Source: Methanobacteriota archaeon
GTDB lineage: Archaea > Thermoplasmatota > Thermoplasmata > SG8-5 > JAGLSY01
Length of the DNA: 64,000 nt
Direction of reading: 5' to 3'
NCBI GenBank assembly: GCA_020696385.1
Contig: JAEHCQ010000001.1
Coordinates: 448,001-512,000, forward strand
Made by a program: the position numbers and the translations under genes. The notes beneath the pieces are model-generated. The model saw nothing but the letters and a program-made list of their open reading frames with translations, had not been told where the DNA came from and did not search any database. The first letter of the stretch is position 1; every line of letters begins with the position of its first letter. Positions 20,813-30,275 of the stretch are shown here, one piece after another.

Positions 20813-21004
20813 TTGGTTGGCAATTTGGAATTCTACGGCAAAAAGATGGATAAAGAGCATGAGCCTTTGGTTGGACGTATCTGTTATGTCTTCAATACGA
20901 ATCTTACAAAGAAGTTGAATGACACTATCTGTACGCATTGTGCCAAGTTCATGACCCTTGAGTGTGAACATATTGATGAGTTCGTGGGAGATGATGGTGA
21001 TTGA
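20813..21004 (+). CDS. Small Cys-rich hypothetical protein
   Basis: 63 aa with C...CxxC...CxH; GAGGGG RBS; stop overlaps the nadM start (TTGA). Confidence 0.6.
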   Translation: MVGNLEFYGKKMDKEHEPLVGRICYVFNTNLTKKLNDTICTHCAKFMTLECEHIDEFVGDDGD

Positions 21005-21513
21005 TAGCCCTGATAATCGGGCGTTTTCAACCATTCCATAATGGCCATTTACAGGTCGTGAAGGAGATATTGGATAATGATGATATTGATGAGCTCGTCA
21101 TCGGAATAGGAAGCTCCCAGTATGATCATGAAAAAGACAATCCTTTCTCATTTGATGAAAGAAAGGATATGATATCGCTTTCCCTGGAAAAAGAGGGCAT
21201 ATACAATTATTCATTGATCCCAATTTCAGACATACATAATTATCCAATATGGGTGGAACATGTTCGTAAGCATGTTCCTAATTATGATGTCGTATACACT
21301 CGTAGCCAGCTTACAAAACGTCTCTTTGAAGAAGCTGGTGATAGAGTGGTGGAAACCGACCTCTATGATAGAAAAGAATATTCAGGGTCTGAGATCAGGA
21401 GAAGGATCGTGGCTGGAGAGAAATGGCAGAAACTGGTTCCTGAAGGAACATTGCTTGTGATCGAGAGAATTGATGGAGCCACACGAGTGATCGAATCCCA
21501 GAAAGATCGATAA
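21001..21513 (+). CDS. nadM: Nicotinamide-nucleotide adenylyltransferase
   Basis: IGRFQPFHNGH, GIGSSQ, NPFSFDER and YSGSEIRRRI motifs. Confidence 0.93.
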   Translation: MIALIIGRFQPFHNGHLQVVKEILDNDDIDELVIGIGSSQYDHEKDNPFSFDERKDMISLSLEKEGIYNYSLIPISDIHNYPIWVEHVRKHVPNYDVVYTRSQLTKRLFEEAGDRVVETDLYDRKEYSGSEIRRRIVAGEKWQKLVPEGTLLVIERIDGATRVIESQKDR

Positions 21514-21535
21514 ACATATAATTGAATTCAGAGAG

Positions 21536-22015
21536 ATGATAATGAAATCGATAGAAAAAATAGCCGAATTATTGACCATTTCCCAGAGAACACTGGGCAT
21601 TGTGGAATCCTGTACTGGAGGACTGCTCTGCCATCACATAACGAATATGCCTGGAAGCTCCAATTTCTTTGATGGAGGTATTGTGGCATATGGCAATGCT
21701 TCTAAGATCGAGGTTGTGGGAGTTACCGAGGAATGCCTGAGAAAGAATGGAGCCGTGAGTGAAAGAACAGCACTGGCCATGGCAGATGGGGCCAGGGAGA
21801 ACTTCACCTCGGATATTGGGATCGGTATTACAGGGATCGCAGGACCAAGTGGTGGTTCTGAAGAGAAGCCAGTGGGTCTTGTCCACATAGCTATCTCAGA
21901 TATGGACAGATCCGCCTCAGAGGCATTTAGATTCCAGGGTAACAGAGAGAAAATAAAGAATCAGGCTGTCGAAAAAGCAATCGAGATGTGCATTAGATTC
22001 CTTGAAGAAGAATGA
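21536..22015 (+). CDS. cinA: CinA C-terminal-domain protein / NMN amidohydrolase (PncC family)
   Basis: ESCTGG, PGSS, GAVSE and TGIAGPSGGSEEKPVG motifs. Confidence 0.9.
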   Translation: MIMKSIEKIAELLTISQRTLGIVESCTGGLLCHHITNMPGSSNFFDGGIVAYGNASKIEVVGVTEECLRKNGAVSERTALAMADGARENFTSDIGIGITGIAGPSGGSEEKPVGLVHIAISDMDRSASEAFRFQGNREKIKNQAVEKAIEMCIRFLEEE

Positions 22016-22244
22016 GGGCTCCCCAACGCTAAAGCATGGGGTATCCCCTCTGTTAAATTATTGAAGTTTGTCGAGAATATGAGCCCTTATTGAATACATC
22101 CCAAGCAATACCATAATTTTGTAGCGCTTTGTATCCACAAATCTAAAGATTGTGGCAGTAAATGTTACCCACATGGTATCGAACATTTACTGATGAAAGA
22201 ATTCGTTTGAATTCTTCGTATTAAAGCTTGGGGATATTCAATAA
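22015..22244. other. Highly structured intergenic element (REP/IS200-605-like hairpins inside imperfect inverted repeats; MITE or ncRNA candidate)
   Basis: Bulged hairpins with a CTAAAG centre at 22021-22041 and 22135-22155; IR 22087-22106/22226-22244; stem 22156-22166/22182-22192; hairpin 22197-22216. Confidence 0.5.
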
Positions 22245-22248
22245 AATA

Positions 22249-23607
22249 TTAAGCCAGTTGCTCTGCCACGATCTTATCAATGGCATTTAGAAAATCCTTT
22301 TCCTTATCTGATGGAACCTTTGCTCCAGAGGCAATATTATGTCCGCCTCCGCTTCCACCGACCTCGCCAGATGCCTGTTTGCATGCTGAACCCAGATCAA
22401 GACCTTTGTTAACAAGTTCGCGTGTTGCTCTGGCAGATATGTTTGACTTGTCATCACCAGTGAATATTCCGATTATGGGCTTTGACTTATCGAAAATGTA
22501 CAATGCACCAAGGCCGGCTATGACCCCGGAATACGAGCTCTCACGAACATGAATGTATTGAATATTATCCATCTGGGTTGGTGGCTCATCCTCAATGGCC
22601 AGCATACTATCCATTATCAAGGAAATGTGTTCATTGCGAACTGCTTTAGCTTCTTCCATCGCTTCCTTGGATCCCAAAGCCAAGCTCAATCCCAGACTAT
22701 ATTTTTTCTTTCTACCACAGGCATTGAGCAGTGGTACTAATTCATCCACATACATGCTCCAATCATAAAGCCAGTATCTGTTCGTAACAAGTTGATCGAT
22801 GGCCTCGGAGCTGGCTCCCTGTTTTAAAAGATGAAGGGCCAAAGTGGAGGCCAGTTGTGTAGGCTTGTCAGCCTCAAGTGATTTGATGGTAGAGTCCACA
22901 TCCAATTCCATTTTCTTAAGAAAGGCAGTGACCTCTTTCTTATTGCCACTGAGACCTTTGAAATATGGTTCGGGGTGATTGAGAAGACTATCGTATATTG
23001 TCTCCCCTCTGAGATCCAGTACCTTTTCTTTTTTTATGAGTTCTCGACGGACCGCGATATTGACAAAATGATCATTGTAGCCCCTGAAGCCGCCCAAATT
23101 TTGTCTGTCACCTACCGCTCCTGCCAATGCGAGAGGAGCGAGGTTCCAGTTCTCATCATCAAGGGTGACTGCGAGGAAGAAGCTCATAGTAGCTCCACAA
23201 GCCTCTCTGGCACCATCAAATCCAAAGAGATGTGGATTCAAATGAATAACTGGCTTTGACCCTTCCTTCTGGGTTGCGTGATGATCGACCACGATGACAT
23301 TTTTGTCCAGGGTTTCCAATTCCTCAATGAAACCACTTCCCATATCGGAGAAGATGAGTAGATCATTATCCTCATCCTTGATCTCATCCAGAAATCCACC
23401 AGCTACTTTCGGTGTCAGAGTAATGTGGAAGGTCTTATTAGCTCGAGACAGAGCCTTGGCCAGAATAGCCGCAGAGCTCATACCATCTGGATCATAATGA
23501 GAAATAAGTCTTATCAGGCCAGTTGTTTGCCTGATAAGAGCAGATGCCTCGGCTAGCCTCTCTGAGAAATTCTTGCTGAATTCCAGATCGAGGGATTTAT
23601 CGGCCAT
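22249..23607 (-). CDS. DHH-family phosphoesterase, RecJ-like ssDNA exonuclease
   Basis: HYDPDG, DMGSG, DHH, NPH and GGGHNIASG (DHHA1) motifs; the usual archaeal partner downstream of rps15. Confidence 0.9.
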   Translation of the reverse strand: MADKSLDLEFSKNFSERLAEASALIRQTTGLIRLISHYDPDGMSSAAILAKALSRANKTFHITLTPKVAGGFLDEIKDEDNDLLIFSDMGSGFIEELETLDKNVIVVDHHATQKEGSKPVIHLNPHLFGFDGAREACGATMSFFLAVTLDDENWNLAPLALAGAVGDRQNLGGFRGYNDHFVNIAVRRELIKKEKVLDLRGETIYDSLLNHPEPYFKGLSGNKKEVTAFLKKMELDVDSTIKSLEADKPTQLASTLALHLLKQGASSEAIDQLVTNRYWLYDWSMYVDELVPLLNACGRKKKYSLGLSLALGSKEAMEEAKAVRNEHISLIMDSMLAIEDEPPTQMDNIQYIHVRESSYSGVIAGLGALYIFDKSKPIIGIFTGDDKSNISARATRELVNKGLDLGSACKQASGEVGGSGGGHNIASGAKVPSDKEKDFLNAIDKIVAEQLA

Positions 23608-23608
23608 C

Positions 23609-24067
23609 TTACCTACTCAGCTCAATCTCAGCTGTCTTGATCGAGTATTTCCAATCCTTGGAGATCACACCTGTGGATTTATAATACCTCTCAAGGCGCC
23701 TTATTTTTGCCTCTATGAGCTGTAAGTTTCTCTTATTGTGAATATCCTTTTTGTTATCCTGAATATGGCTGTTGAGGTTAACTGCCTTGGTCATAAGGTT
23801 ACTGATATCCTCTGGCAATTTCATTTCAATTCCATTTTCAATCATGATCTGAGTAATGGATTTTCCTGTAGCCAACTTAACATCTGGAACTCCATACTGG
23901 TCTCTTAAAATTGTACCAATAGTGGCACTGGAGGTTCCCTCCCCTGCCATCTTCGTTATAGTAGCGACGATCTCTTTCTTATCTATTGGAACCCACGCTG
24001 GGTTCTCGTATATCAATGGGCGGGTTGAGGAAGATTTCCCCTTTCGCCTCGCGTGCATCCTTGCCAT
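23609..24067 (-). CDS. rps15: 30S ribosomal protein S15 (S13e-like)
   Basis: MARMHARRKGKSSSTRP, IGTILRDQYGVP, EAKIRRLERYYK; start placed at 24067. Confidence 0.96.
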   Translation of the reverse strand: MARMHARRKGKSSSTRPLIYENPAWVPIDKKEIVATITKMAGEGTSSATIGTILRDQYGVPDVKLATGKSITQIMIENGIEMKLPEDISNLMTKAVNLNSHIQDNKKDIHNKRNLQLIEAKIRRLERYYKSTGVISKDWKYSIKTAEIELSR

Positions 24068-24274
24068 TTTAATTCTCTCCATTTCATTCCGATATTTTGA
24101 ATACATGAATTTATTCATGCACTCAAAATTCATCCATGTCCACATCGTGGGCCATGGTGCCTATCAATAGGCTGAAGTATTCGGTAATAACAATTTCTTG
24201 TATTTAAGACTGATTGCTGTAAATATAATAAATAAGGCATTAAGCTAATCAATGAGTAGTGCATGGAATAATTT

Positions 24275-24544
24275 ATGTCGAAAATACTGAAAGTGTATGC
24301 CTCCACATGGTGCATACATTGTAAATTGACTGTGAAATTTCTGAAAGATAGCCACATACCTTTTGAATATATTAAGATAAATGAGGTGGATAAGAATACA
24401 CTTCAAAAGATAATAGAAGTAAACGGCGGAGTTGATTGGGTCATTCCCACCATGGAATTCGATGGACATTGGAACCCGGGAAAGGTCTTCAATAAGGAAG
24501 TTTTAATAAATGACCTCCGGGCTATGGGGATAGATATTGATTGA
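24275..24544 (+). CDS. Glutaredoxin/NrdH-like redoxin
   Basis: YASTWCIHC CxxC motif and cis-Pro (VIPT) in an 89-aa protein. Confidence 0.85.
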   Translation: MSKILKVYASTWCIHCKLTVKFLKDSHIPFEYIKINEVDKNTLQKIIEVNGGVDWVIPTMEFDGHWNPGKVFNKEVLINDLRAMGIDID

Positions 24545-24564
24545 AGCCAGTGATGTGATAATAA

Positions 24565-24894
24565 GTGTCGGGCAAAAGGATCCAAAGAGAAAAAAAGACC
24601 ATAAAAGCCATGTTCAGGATATTCTGTCATAAAAATCATGGAAATGATAAGGAGATATGCCAGGAGTGCTCGGAGCTTCTGCAATATTCGGAAGACAAGC
24701 TGGACAAGTGCCCATTTCAGGAAAAGAAAGCTCCCTGCACAGATTGTCTAATCCATTGCTATGCGGAACCCATGAGGAGCCAGGTTCGAGAAGTGATGAG
24801 ATTCTCTGGACCAAAGATGTTATCAAGACATCCTTGGCTGGCCATCATGCACCTCGTTGATGGCAGGCGTTCTCCCAAAGATACAAAGAAATGA
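24565..24894 (+). CDS. YgbA-family (nitrous oxide-stimulated promoter) Cys-rich protein
   Basis: REKKTIKAM..IFC..NH, C.EC..L..Y, CPF..KK..C..C..HCY and VMRFSGPKML..HP pattern. Confidence 0.88.
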   Translation: MSGKRIQREKKTIKAMFRIFCHKNHGNDKEICQECSELLQYSEDKLDKCPFQEKKAPCTDCLIHCYAEPMRSQVREVMRFSGPKMLSRHPWLAIMHLVDGRRSPKDTKK

Positions 24895-25006
24895 TGGTAT
24901 GCTGATACCAAAATATACAAAAAACGATGGTATGCTGATACCTAAATATACAAAAAACGATGGTATGCTGATACCTAAATATATAGAGAAATGATGGTAT
25001 ACTGAT
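24891..25006 (+). repeat. 33-bp tandem repeat (~3.5 copies)
   Basis: Unit gatggtatgctgatacc(a/t)aaatatacaaaaaac at 24893, 24926 and 24959, plus a partial copy at 24993. Confidence 0.9.
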
Positions 25007-25424
25007 GAATGAAGAAGAGTGCGAAACAGATAGTAGGGAAAAAGTAGCTAATGCCATCTGGGTGACCATTGGAACTATATCCCTAGCCTTTGGAATAATA
25101 GGTATAGCTTTGCCATTGCTCCCAACAACACCATTCCTTCTTCTCTCGGCAGCCTGTTACTGCCGAGGCTCTGAAAAAATGCACACGTGGTTACTTGAGC
25201 ATAAATTATTTGGAAGGTATATCAGGGATTACCAGGAGAAGAGAGGAATAAGGAAAAAGGCCAAGATAACAGCCATTGTCACCATGTGGGCCTCCATACT
25301 GTTATGTGCCTGGTATATGGGTTATTCAGAGATCATGCCTGATATAATTATGTATGTCCAGATCCTTTTATTGATCATAGCCTCTGGAGTTACAATTCAT
25401 TTGTTAAAACTAAAAACTCTGTGA
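25005..25424 (+). CDS. YbaN/DUF454 family membrane protein
   Basis: GIIGIALPLLPTTPFLLLSAACY.RGSEK.H.WL..H..FG signature. Confidence 0.9.
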   Translation: MNEEECETDSREKVANAIWVTIGTISLAFGIIGIALPLLPTTPFLLLSAACYCRGSEKMHTWLLEHKLFGRYIRDYQEKRGIRKKAKITAIVTMWASILLCAWYMGYSEIMPDIIMYVQILLLIIASGVTIHLLKLKTL

Positions 25425-25592
25425 TCATTATTTATTATTAAAGAATACATAATGAAACTGAACAGCGTTTATCTGATCCAGTATAATTGATAACTTTTTC
25501 TCAAAATACAGAAGTGGAATATTACTTTTGAGAATTGCCAGTGGCGGCAAAAACTACTAATATCATGGAGATAATGCTTCGCTCGGTATCAA

Positions 25593-26561
25593 ATGGATGG
25601 CAGTCTGAAAAGTAAATCAAAGAGCGTGCTTATCGAACTCTCAAGGATTAATGAATGGGCGATCATCTCAATCAGCCTCACATTATTTGTTTTCTTACCG
25701 AATATGTATGTTATCAATGAGGGGGTTCTCACACCCGAGATCATATTCGAGCTTTTCACATCCGTTAGCCTGTATGTCGCCCTGACAATAGTCTTCACGA
25801 TCCAGATATTCCTCTTTGCCAGTAATGATTATTATGACAGGCACGTGGATGCTCTGGATGAGGGAAAAAGACAGAGAAATCCAGTATGCGCTGGACGGGT
25901 GACTGAGAAGGAAGTAAAGACTCTGCTCATCGTGACCGCCATCATACCACTGGTCCTTTCATTATATTTCAATCTATACGCTTTCTTATTGACAGCCTTC
26001 ACTGTTTTCGTCTACTTCTTCTACACCGCGGAACCTCTAAGGTTCAAGAACAAAGTGGGGCTTGATGTATTGAGCCATGCGACACTTATCAATTCATTTC
26101 CATATATCTTCAGCCTTGTCGCTCTTAATTATTATGTGCCTGGCATAATCTATCTTCTCATTATCATAATGATGAGAAGCGCCATCGCCCAGATCCTTCA
26201 GGAAGTTAGGGACCACGATATTGATAAAAAAGCAGAGACCAATACCGTGATATACCTGGGACAGAAAAAGGCAGTCTGGCTTGTATTTTCCATATGGCTG
26301 ACCATGACCATCGGAAGTGCGGTGCTTCTTTTGACACACTATTTATTTGGAATTGGTATCTCCCTATTCTACCTGTTCGTGATGTTCATCACCATCTCGT
26401 ATGCTCCCACCTTTTACAAGCTGGTCAAGGCAGATAATTATTCTGAAATAATTGAAAAGCAATGGATGGGACAGGGCAGAACGAATAAGCAGCTTGGCCT
26501 TTCCTATGGTTTGCCAGTTATCGCCTATCTCTTCATACTGTTCTTCTTTTTATTGAAATGA
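25593..26561 (+). CDS. UbiA-family prenyltransferase
   Basis: Polytopic membrane protein; NDYYDRHVD, YTAEPLRFK and EVRDHDIDKK aspartate-rich motifs. Confidence 0.85.
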   Translation: MDGSLKSKSKSVLIELSRINEWAIISISLTLFVFLPNMYVINEGVLTPEIIFELFTSVSLYVALTIVFTIQIFLFASNDYYDRHVDALDEGKRQRNPVCAGRVTEKEVKTLLIVTAIIPLVLSLYFNLYAFLLTAFTVFVYFFYTAEPLRFKNKVGLDVLSHATLINSFPYIFSLVALNYYVPGIIYLLIIIMMRSAIAQILQEVRDHDIDKKAETNTVIYLGQKKAVWLVFSIWLTMTIGSAVLLLTHYLFGIGISLFYLFVMFITISYAPTFYKLVKADNYSEIIEKQWMGQGRTNKQLGLSYGLPVIAYLFILFFFLLK

Positions 26562-26649
26562 ATGCACCCGAAACTAATTGTCGAGTCAGCATGTTGATTC
26601 AAATAGATATTCAATAATTATAAATATCAATTATCCACTCCATAATTCA

Positions 26650-27822
26650 ATGGGACAGGAACTTCTGGAGCGTGGATTGACCGCCAAAGAGAGGATCATC
26701 ATTCACCTGAAAGACCATTGGAACTTCAAGGATGAGATGGAGTGCCCTTTCGAGATCACACAGGCGGGCATATCGGAGATTACTGGACTTACATTATCAC
26801 ATATCCCTCGAAATATCAAGAAGATGAAAGATGAGGGGCTTTTAACAGAGGGGAAGGCCTATGTGAAAGGAAAGAGCCGGAGATACAAAGTGTATCATCC
26901 AACCCAAAAAGGACTGAAGCTGGGTAGGTCCCTTATCAAGGAGATCGGAAAGACCTCCGTCATTTACAATGATGAGAGTATGATGGTGCAGGATATCCTG
27001 AAGATAGAAAAGGGGCTGGCTATGTCTGTCATTGCCTCGCTTCTTGGAGAATCCACCAAAAAGTCAGCGGCTGGAAAAAAGAAGGTGGGATATCATGGAA
27101 GCATACCAGATACAGATGGCTTTGTAGACAGGGACGAAGAGCTAGAGGAATTGAGATCTCTTTTTTCAGAAGACATAACGAAGCTCATCATGATATACGG
27201 CAGCCAGGGTTATGGAACCAGCTCACTGGCCTCCAAGTTCATCAAACATATCGGGAACCGATGGAGTAGTGTTATTTGGATAGATATAAAGAAGAAGCTG
27301 GATGACACATTGGAACAGTTATACAACCATATTATCGCATCCGGGCAGGATGGGATCACGAAGGAAATAATATTCAATCCTCATACTCTTATCTCATATC
27401 TGGCAAATAAGAAGATGGTCATTGTCTTTGATGGATATTTTGAAGTAGGTGAGGCCAGTGTGGAGTATTTCTCTGGCCTTGTGGAAAAGTTGAAGGAAGT
27501 TGATGGGTTGAAGATGATCGTGACCGCCAGGGAGGATACCGCCTCCTACAATCGCTTCTACACGATAATGGACATCCATGATTCCAGTGTTCAGGAGATC
27601 CATGTCAAGAGAATGGACATGGCATCCTGTCGCGCACTACTCGGCGTTAGTGATCTGGATGATGATGCATTGAGAAGACTCTATGCCTTCACAAGGGGGA
27701 GCCCATCCATAATGAAGACACTGGCCAGTGATGATATATCCTATATAGAGGAGAGGACCAGCTTTTCCAGAGAGGAGATTAAGCTGATGCTTCACCTTAA
27801 GACCCTGAGGATTGATAATTAG
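26650..27822 (+). CDS. Winged-HTH plus NB-ARC/STAND-like P-loop domain protein with degenerate Walker motifs
   Basis: N-terminal wHTH (TQAGISE..G...SH.PR...RYKVY..T.KG); FVDRDEEL; YGSQGYGTSS; VIVFDG; VTAR; TRGSP. Confidence 0.75.
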   Translation: MGQELLERGLTAKERIIIHLKDHWNFKDEMECPFEITQAGISEITGLTLSHIPRNIKKMKDEGLLTEGKAYVKGKSRRYKVYHPTQKGLKLGRSLIKEIGKTSVIYNDESMMVQDILKIEKGLAMSVIASLLGESTKKSAAGKKKVGYHGSIPDTDGFVDRDEELEELRSLFSEDITKLIMIYGSQGYGTSSLASKFIKHIGNRWSSVIWIDIKKKLDDTLEQLYNHIIASGQDGITKEIIFNPHTLISYLANKKMVIVFDGYFEVGEASVEYFSGLVEKLKEVDGLKMIVTAREDTASYNRFYTIMDIHDSSVQEIHVKRMDMASCRALLGVSDLDDDALRRLYAFTRGSPSIMKTLASDDISYIEERTSFSREEIKLMLHLKTLRIDN

Positions 27823-27829
27823 ATCCAGT

Positions 27830-28261
27830 TCAAATATCGAACAATACCTGGACAGTGTTTTTCACCGCGTCGATTTCCAGCATGTGATACGTCACTGCCT
27901 TGATCTCGGTCTTCAAAGAGTGTTTGCCCATATCCAAAGTCTCGCCCCGGATGACTGCATCCAGCTTTTGAATTGTGGAATCCTCATTATCCTGGATGTG
28001 AACCTCGAACTCGGAGAATATAGTATCTTCGACTTCGAACAGGTACAAAAGTTCGGAGAGCCAGTCGACCAAAAGTTGCTCCATGTCTGGAGCTTCAATT
28101 TCCACCTTGAATTCCTTATCATTTCCGACCTTTTCCACATCGGTCATTTGGGAGAACATGGCGAAAGCCGCATTTTGAAAAGCCTCCGGTATACTATCAC
28201 CGAAGGCTTTGATCGCGATGTCAGCCGTATGATCGATGGTCTCGAACCTTTGGTTCACCAT
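27830..28261 (-). CDS. Archease (RtcB tRNA-ligase cofactor)
   Basis: FETIDHTADIAIKAFG and EIKAVTYH motifs; C-terminal FDI. Confidence 0.93.
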   Translation of the reverse strand: MVNQRFETIDHTADIAIKAFGDSIPEAFQNAAFAMFSQMTDVEKVGNDKEFKVEIEAPDMEQLLVDWLSELLYLFEVEDTIFSEFEVHIQDNEDSTIQKLDAVIRGETLDMGKHSLKTEIKAVTYHMLEIDAVKNTVQVLFDI

Positions 28262-28265
28262 ATGC

Positions 28266-28778
28266 TTAGAGTCCCTTAGCATATTCGAATACATTACCAG
28301 CAGCCAGTATATCCTTTTGGACAGTCGAAAGAGGCATGGTCCTGCCTATGACGAGGCCATCCTTTTCCATGGTGCCAGAGTCTGTATCGATGCTTACGAC
28401 ATCCCCGGTAGAAAGTGCGGAGATGTCCAGTTCCTTGATAGTGAGTATCGGATAGCCAGAGTTGATGGCATTTCTTTTGTATATGGCCCCGTATGAATTG
28501 GCCAGTATGCAGGTGACACCCAAATTATCAAAGCAATCCACCGCCTGCTGCCTTGATGAGCCAGACCCGAAGTTCGCGCCAACCACGACGATATCCTGAG
28601 GCTGAGCTTTCTTCGCGAAATCCTCATATCCCTTCAGATTGTCAAAGGTGTATTGCCCCATCTGGGACTTGTCAGTTATTGCCAGGTATTTGTTATGATA
28701 GATCATGTCCGTATCGATGTCGTCCATCAACTGGCCATCCTCGAATATGAGCCAGATCCTTCCTTTATAAACCGTCAT
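28266..28778 (-). CDS. leuD: 3-isopropylmalate dehydratase/homoaconitase-family small subunit
   Basis: DDIDTD and NFGSGSSRQQA motifs, IYKRNAINSG. Substrate specificity is uncertain. Confidence 0.85.
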   Translation of the reverse strand: MTVYKGRIWLIFEDGQLMDDIDTDMIYHNKYLAITDKSQMGQYTFDNLKGYEDFAKKAQPQDIVVVGANFGSGSSRQQAVDCFDNLGVTCILANSYGAIYKRNAINSGYPILTIKELDISALSTGDVVSIDTDSGTMEKDGLVIGRTMPLSTVQKDILAAGNVFEYAKGL

Positions 28779-30029
28779 TTACTTGACCTCCTCTTTTGTC
28801 GCTATACGCCCAAGCAGAGCGGAAGCCGCTGCAGTCTCGGGAGAAGCCAGGTATGTGAATCCCGCTCCCTGCTTTCCAGTGAAGTTTCGATTGGAGGTGG
28901 ATACCTGCACCTGTCCTTCACCGGTCATACCGATCTGACCGGATGCACATCCTCCGCATCCGGGATTTGATATAAGGAAGCCTGCATCCATCAGTGTTTC
29001 AAGCACGCCTTCCTTCATGAGTCTGATATAGCCACGCCTTGTGGCTGGTACCACGGAGCCGAATACTCCTGACTTGATCCTCTTGCCTTTCACGACATCG
29101 GCGGCTGCTTTGATATCCTCGTACCTGCCATTGGTGCAGGAACCGATGAAGACCGAGTCAACTTGGACATCGTTTACTGTTTCAACATCCACCACATCAT
29201 GGGGTTTTCCAGGTCTTGATATCTGAGGCTTCAAGCCGCCGATATCAACAGTCACATTTCCAGAATAGATCGCATCCGCATCTGGAGCGATGCCCTGGAC
29301 TGGTGAACCACGAGCTGCGCCACATTCCTTCAGCACAAGGTCATTAGGCTGAAGAAGGGCGATTATCGAGCTCATCTCGGTCGCCATTGAGGCCAGTGTT
29401 ATCCTGCCAGAAAGATCGAGCTTGTCGATCGCAGACCCGAAGAATTCCTCTGCCTTTCCCAAAGCTGTCTTTGTACCGAGAGTTCCGACGGTCTTCAATG
29501 TCAGATCCCTTGCAGTACAATTAGCAGGTAGATCTCCCTCGACATCTATCCTCACGGTCTCTGGAACCTCGAACCATGTCTTGCCAGCTTTGAAAACAAA
29601 GGCAATGTCCTGATCGCCCATTCCCTGACCGAAAGCTCCTATGGCCCCAAGGATATTGAGATGGGAATCTGTGCCGACCCCTGTCTCTCCGGGAGCCAGT
29701 AATCCTTCCTCGATCATCACATGCGAACCGATTCCCGCATCCACATCATACACGCGCACATCCTGTTCCTTGGCATATTTCCTGCATATGTGCTGATTAT
29801 TGGCATATGCGATGGTATTGGCCGGTACATTGCAATCGAAGGTGAAGTAAGTCTTTGAACGATCATTCACCTTTTCTCCGGGGTAATATGTGTTCATGTT
29901 CTTGACCACATTCGCTCCTCCAAAATCCCTGGCCGATCTCACATCGATACCGATCCAAATAATCTTTCCTGGCTCTGCGTCTTCATTGGAATGCTTCTGC
30001 ATTATTTTCTCGATCATGGTTTGACCCAT
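28779..30029 (-). CDS. leuC: 3-isopropylmalate dehydratase/homoaconitase-family large subunit
   Basis: GTDSH, FIGSCTNGR, PGCGGC and TSNRNF [4Fe-4S] aconitase motifs; GGAGG RBS before 30029. Specificity is uncertain. Confidence 0.88.
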   Translation of the reverse strand: MGQTMIEKIMQKHSNEDAEPGKIIWIGIDVRSARDFGGANVVKNMNTYYPGEKVNDRSKTYFTFDCNVPANTIAYANNQHICRKYAKEQDVRVYDVDAGIGSHVMIEEGLLAPGETGVGTDSHLNILGAIGAFGQGMGDQDIAFVFKAGKTWFEVPETVRIDVEGDLPANCTARDLTLKTVGTLGTKTALGKAEEFFGSAIDKLDLSGRITLASMATEMSSIIALLQPNDLVLKECGAARGSPVQGIAPDADAIYSGNVTVDIGGLKPQISRPGKPHDVVDVETVNDVQVDSVFIGSCTNGRYEDIKAAADVVKGKRIKSGVFGSVVPATRRGYIRLMKEGVLETLMDAGFLISNPGCGGCASGQIGMTGEGQVQVSTSNRNFTGKQGAGFTYLASPETAAASALLGRIATKEEVK

Positions 30030-30275
30030 ATAATGACCTCCTAATCTGAGCTCATTATGCGATATTGTGAATATCACCCAATGAACTCCGAACCCTGAAA
30101 TGAGCAGGTTGCTTAATAACTTTACACTGAATATATTTCACATATTTGGTATACGAACTATCAATAATTCAATAAACGAAACTATATTAATCCAATAAGG
30201 AGATGTCCATGTCAAGGGAGTTAAGTGGAATTAACGTATTCCAGATAACTTATAATATATCGGAGGAAAAGAAAA

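Noticed and set aside
22156-22225. Hammerhead ribozyme (stem, CTGATGA, hairpin)
   Set aside because: The required GAAA after stem II is absent (the sequence reads CGTATT) and there is no properly placed NUH cleavage triplet.
24891-25006. Possible CRISPR mini-array
   Set aside because: The sequences between the conserved cores are near-identical and only ~16 nt, the period is 33 bp, and no cas genes are present. It is a tandem repeat.
27812-28279. 155-aa plus-strand ORF opposite archease
   Set aside because: The minus-strand ORF has clear archease motifs; this one has none.
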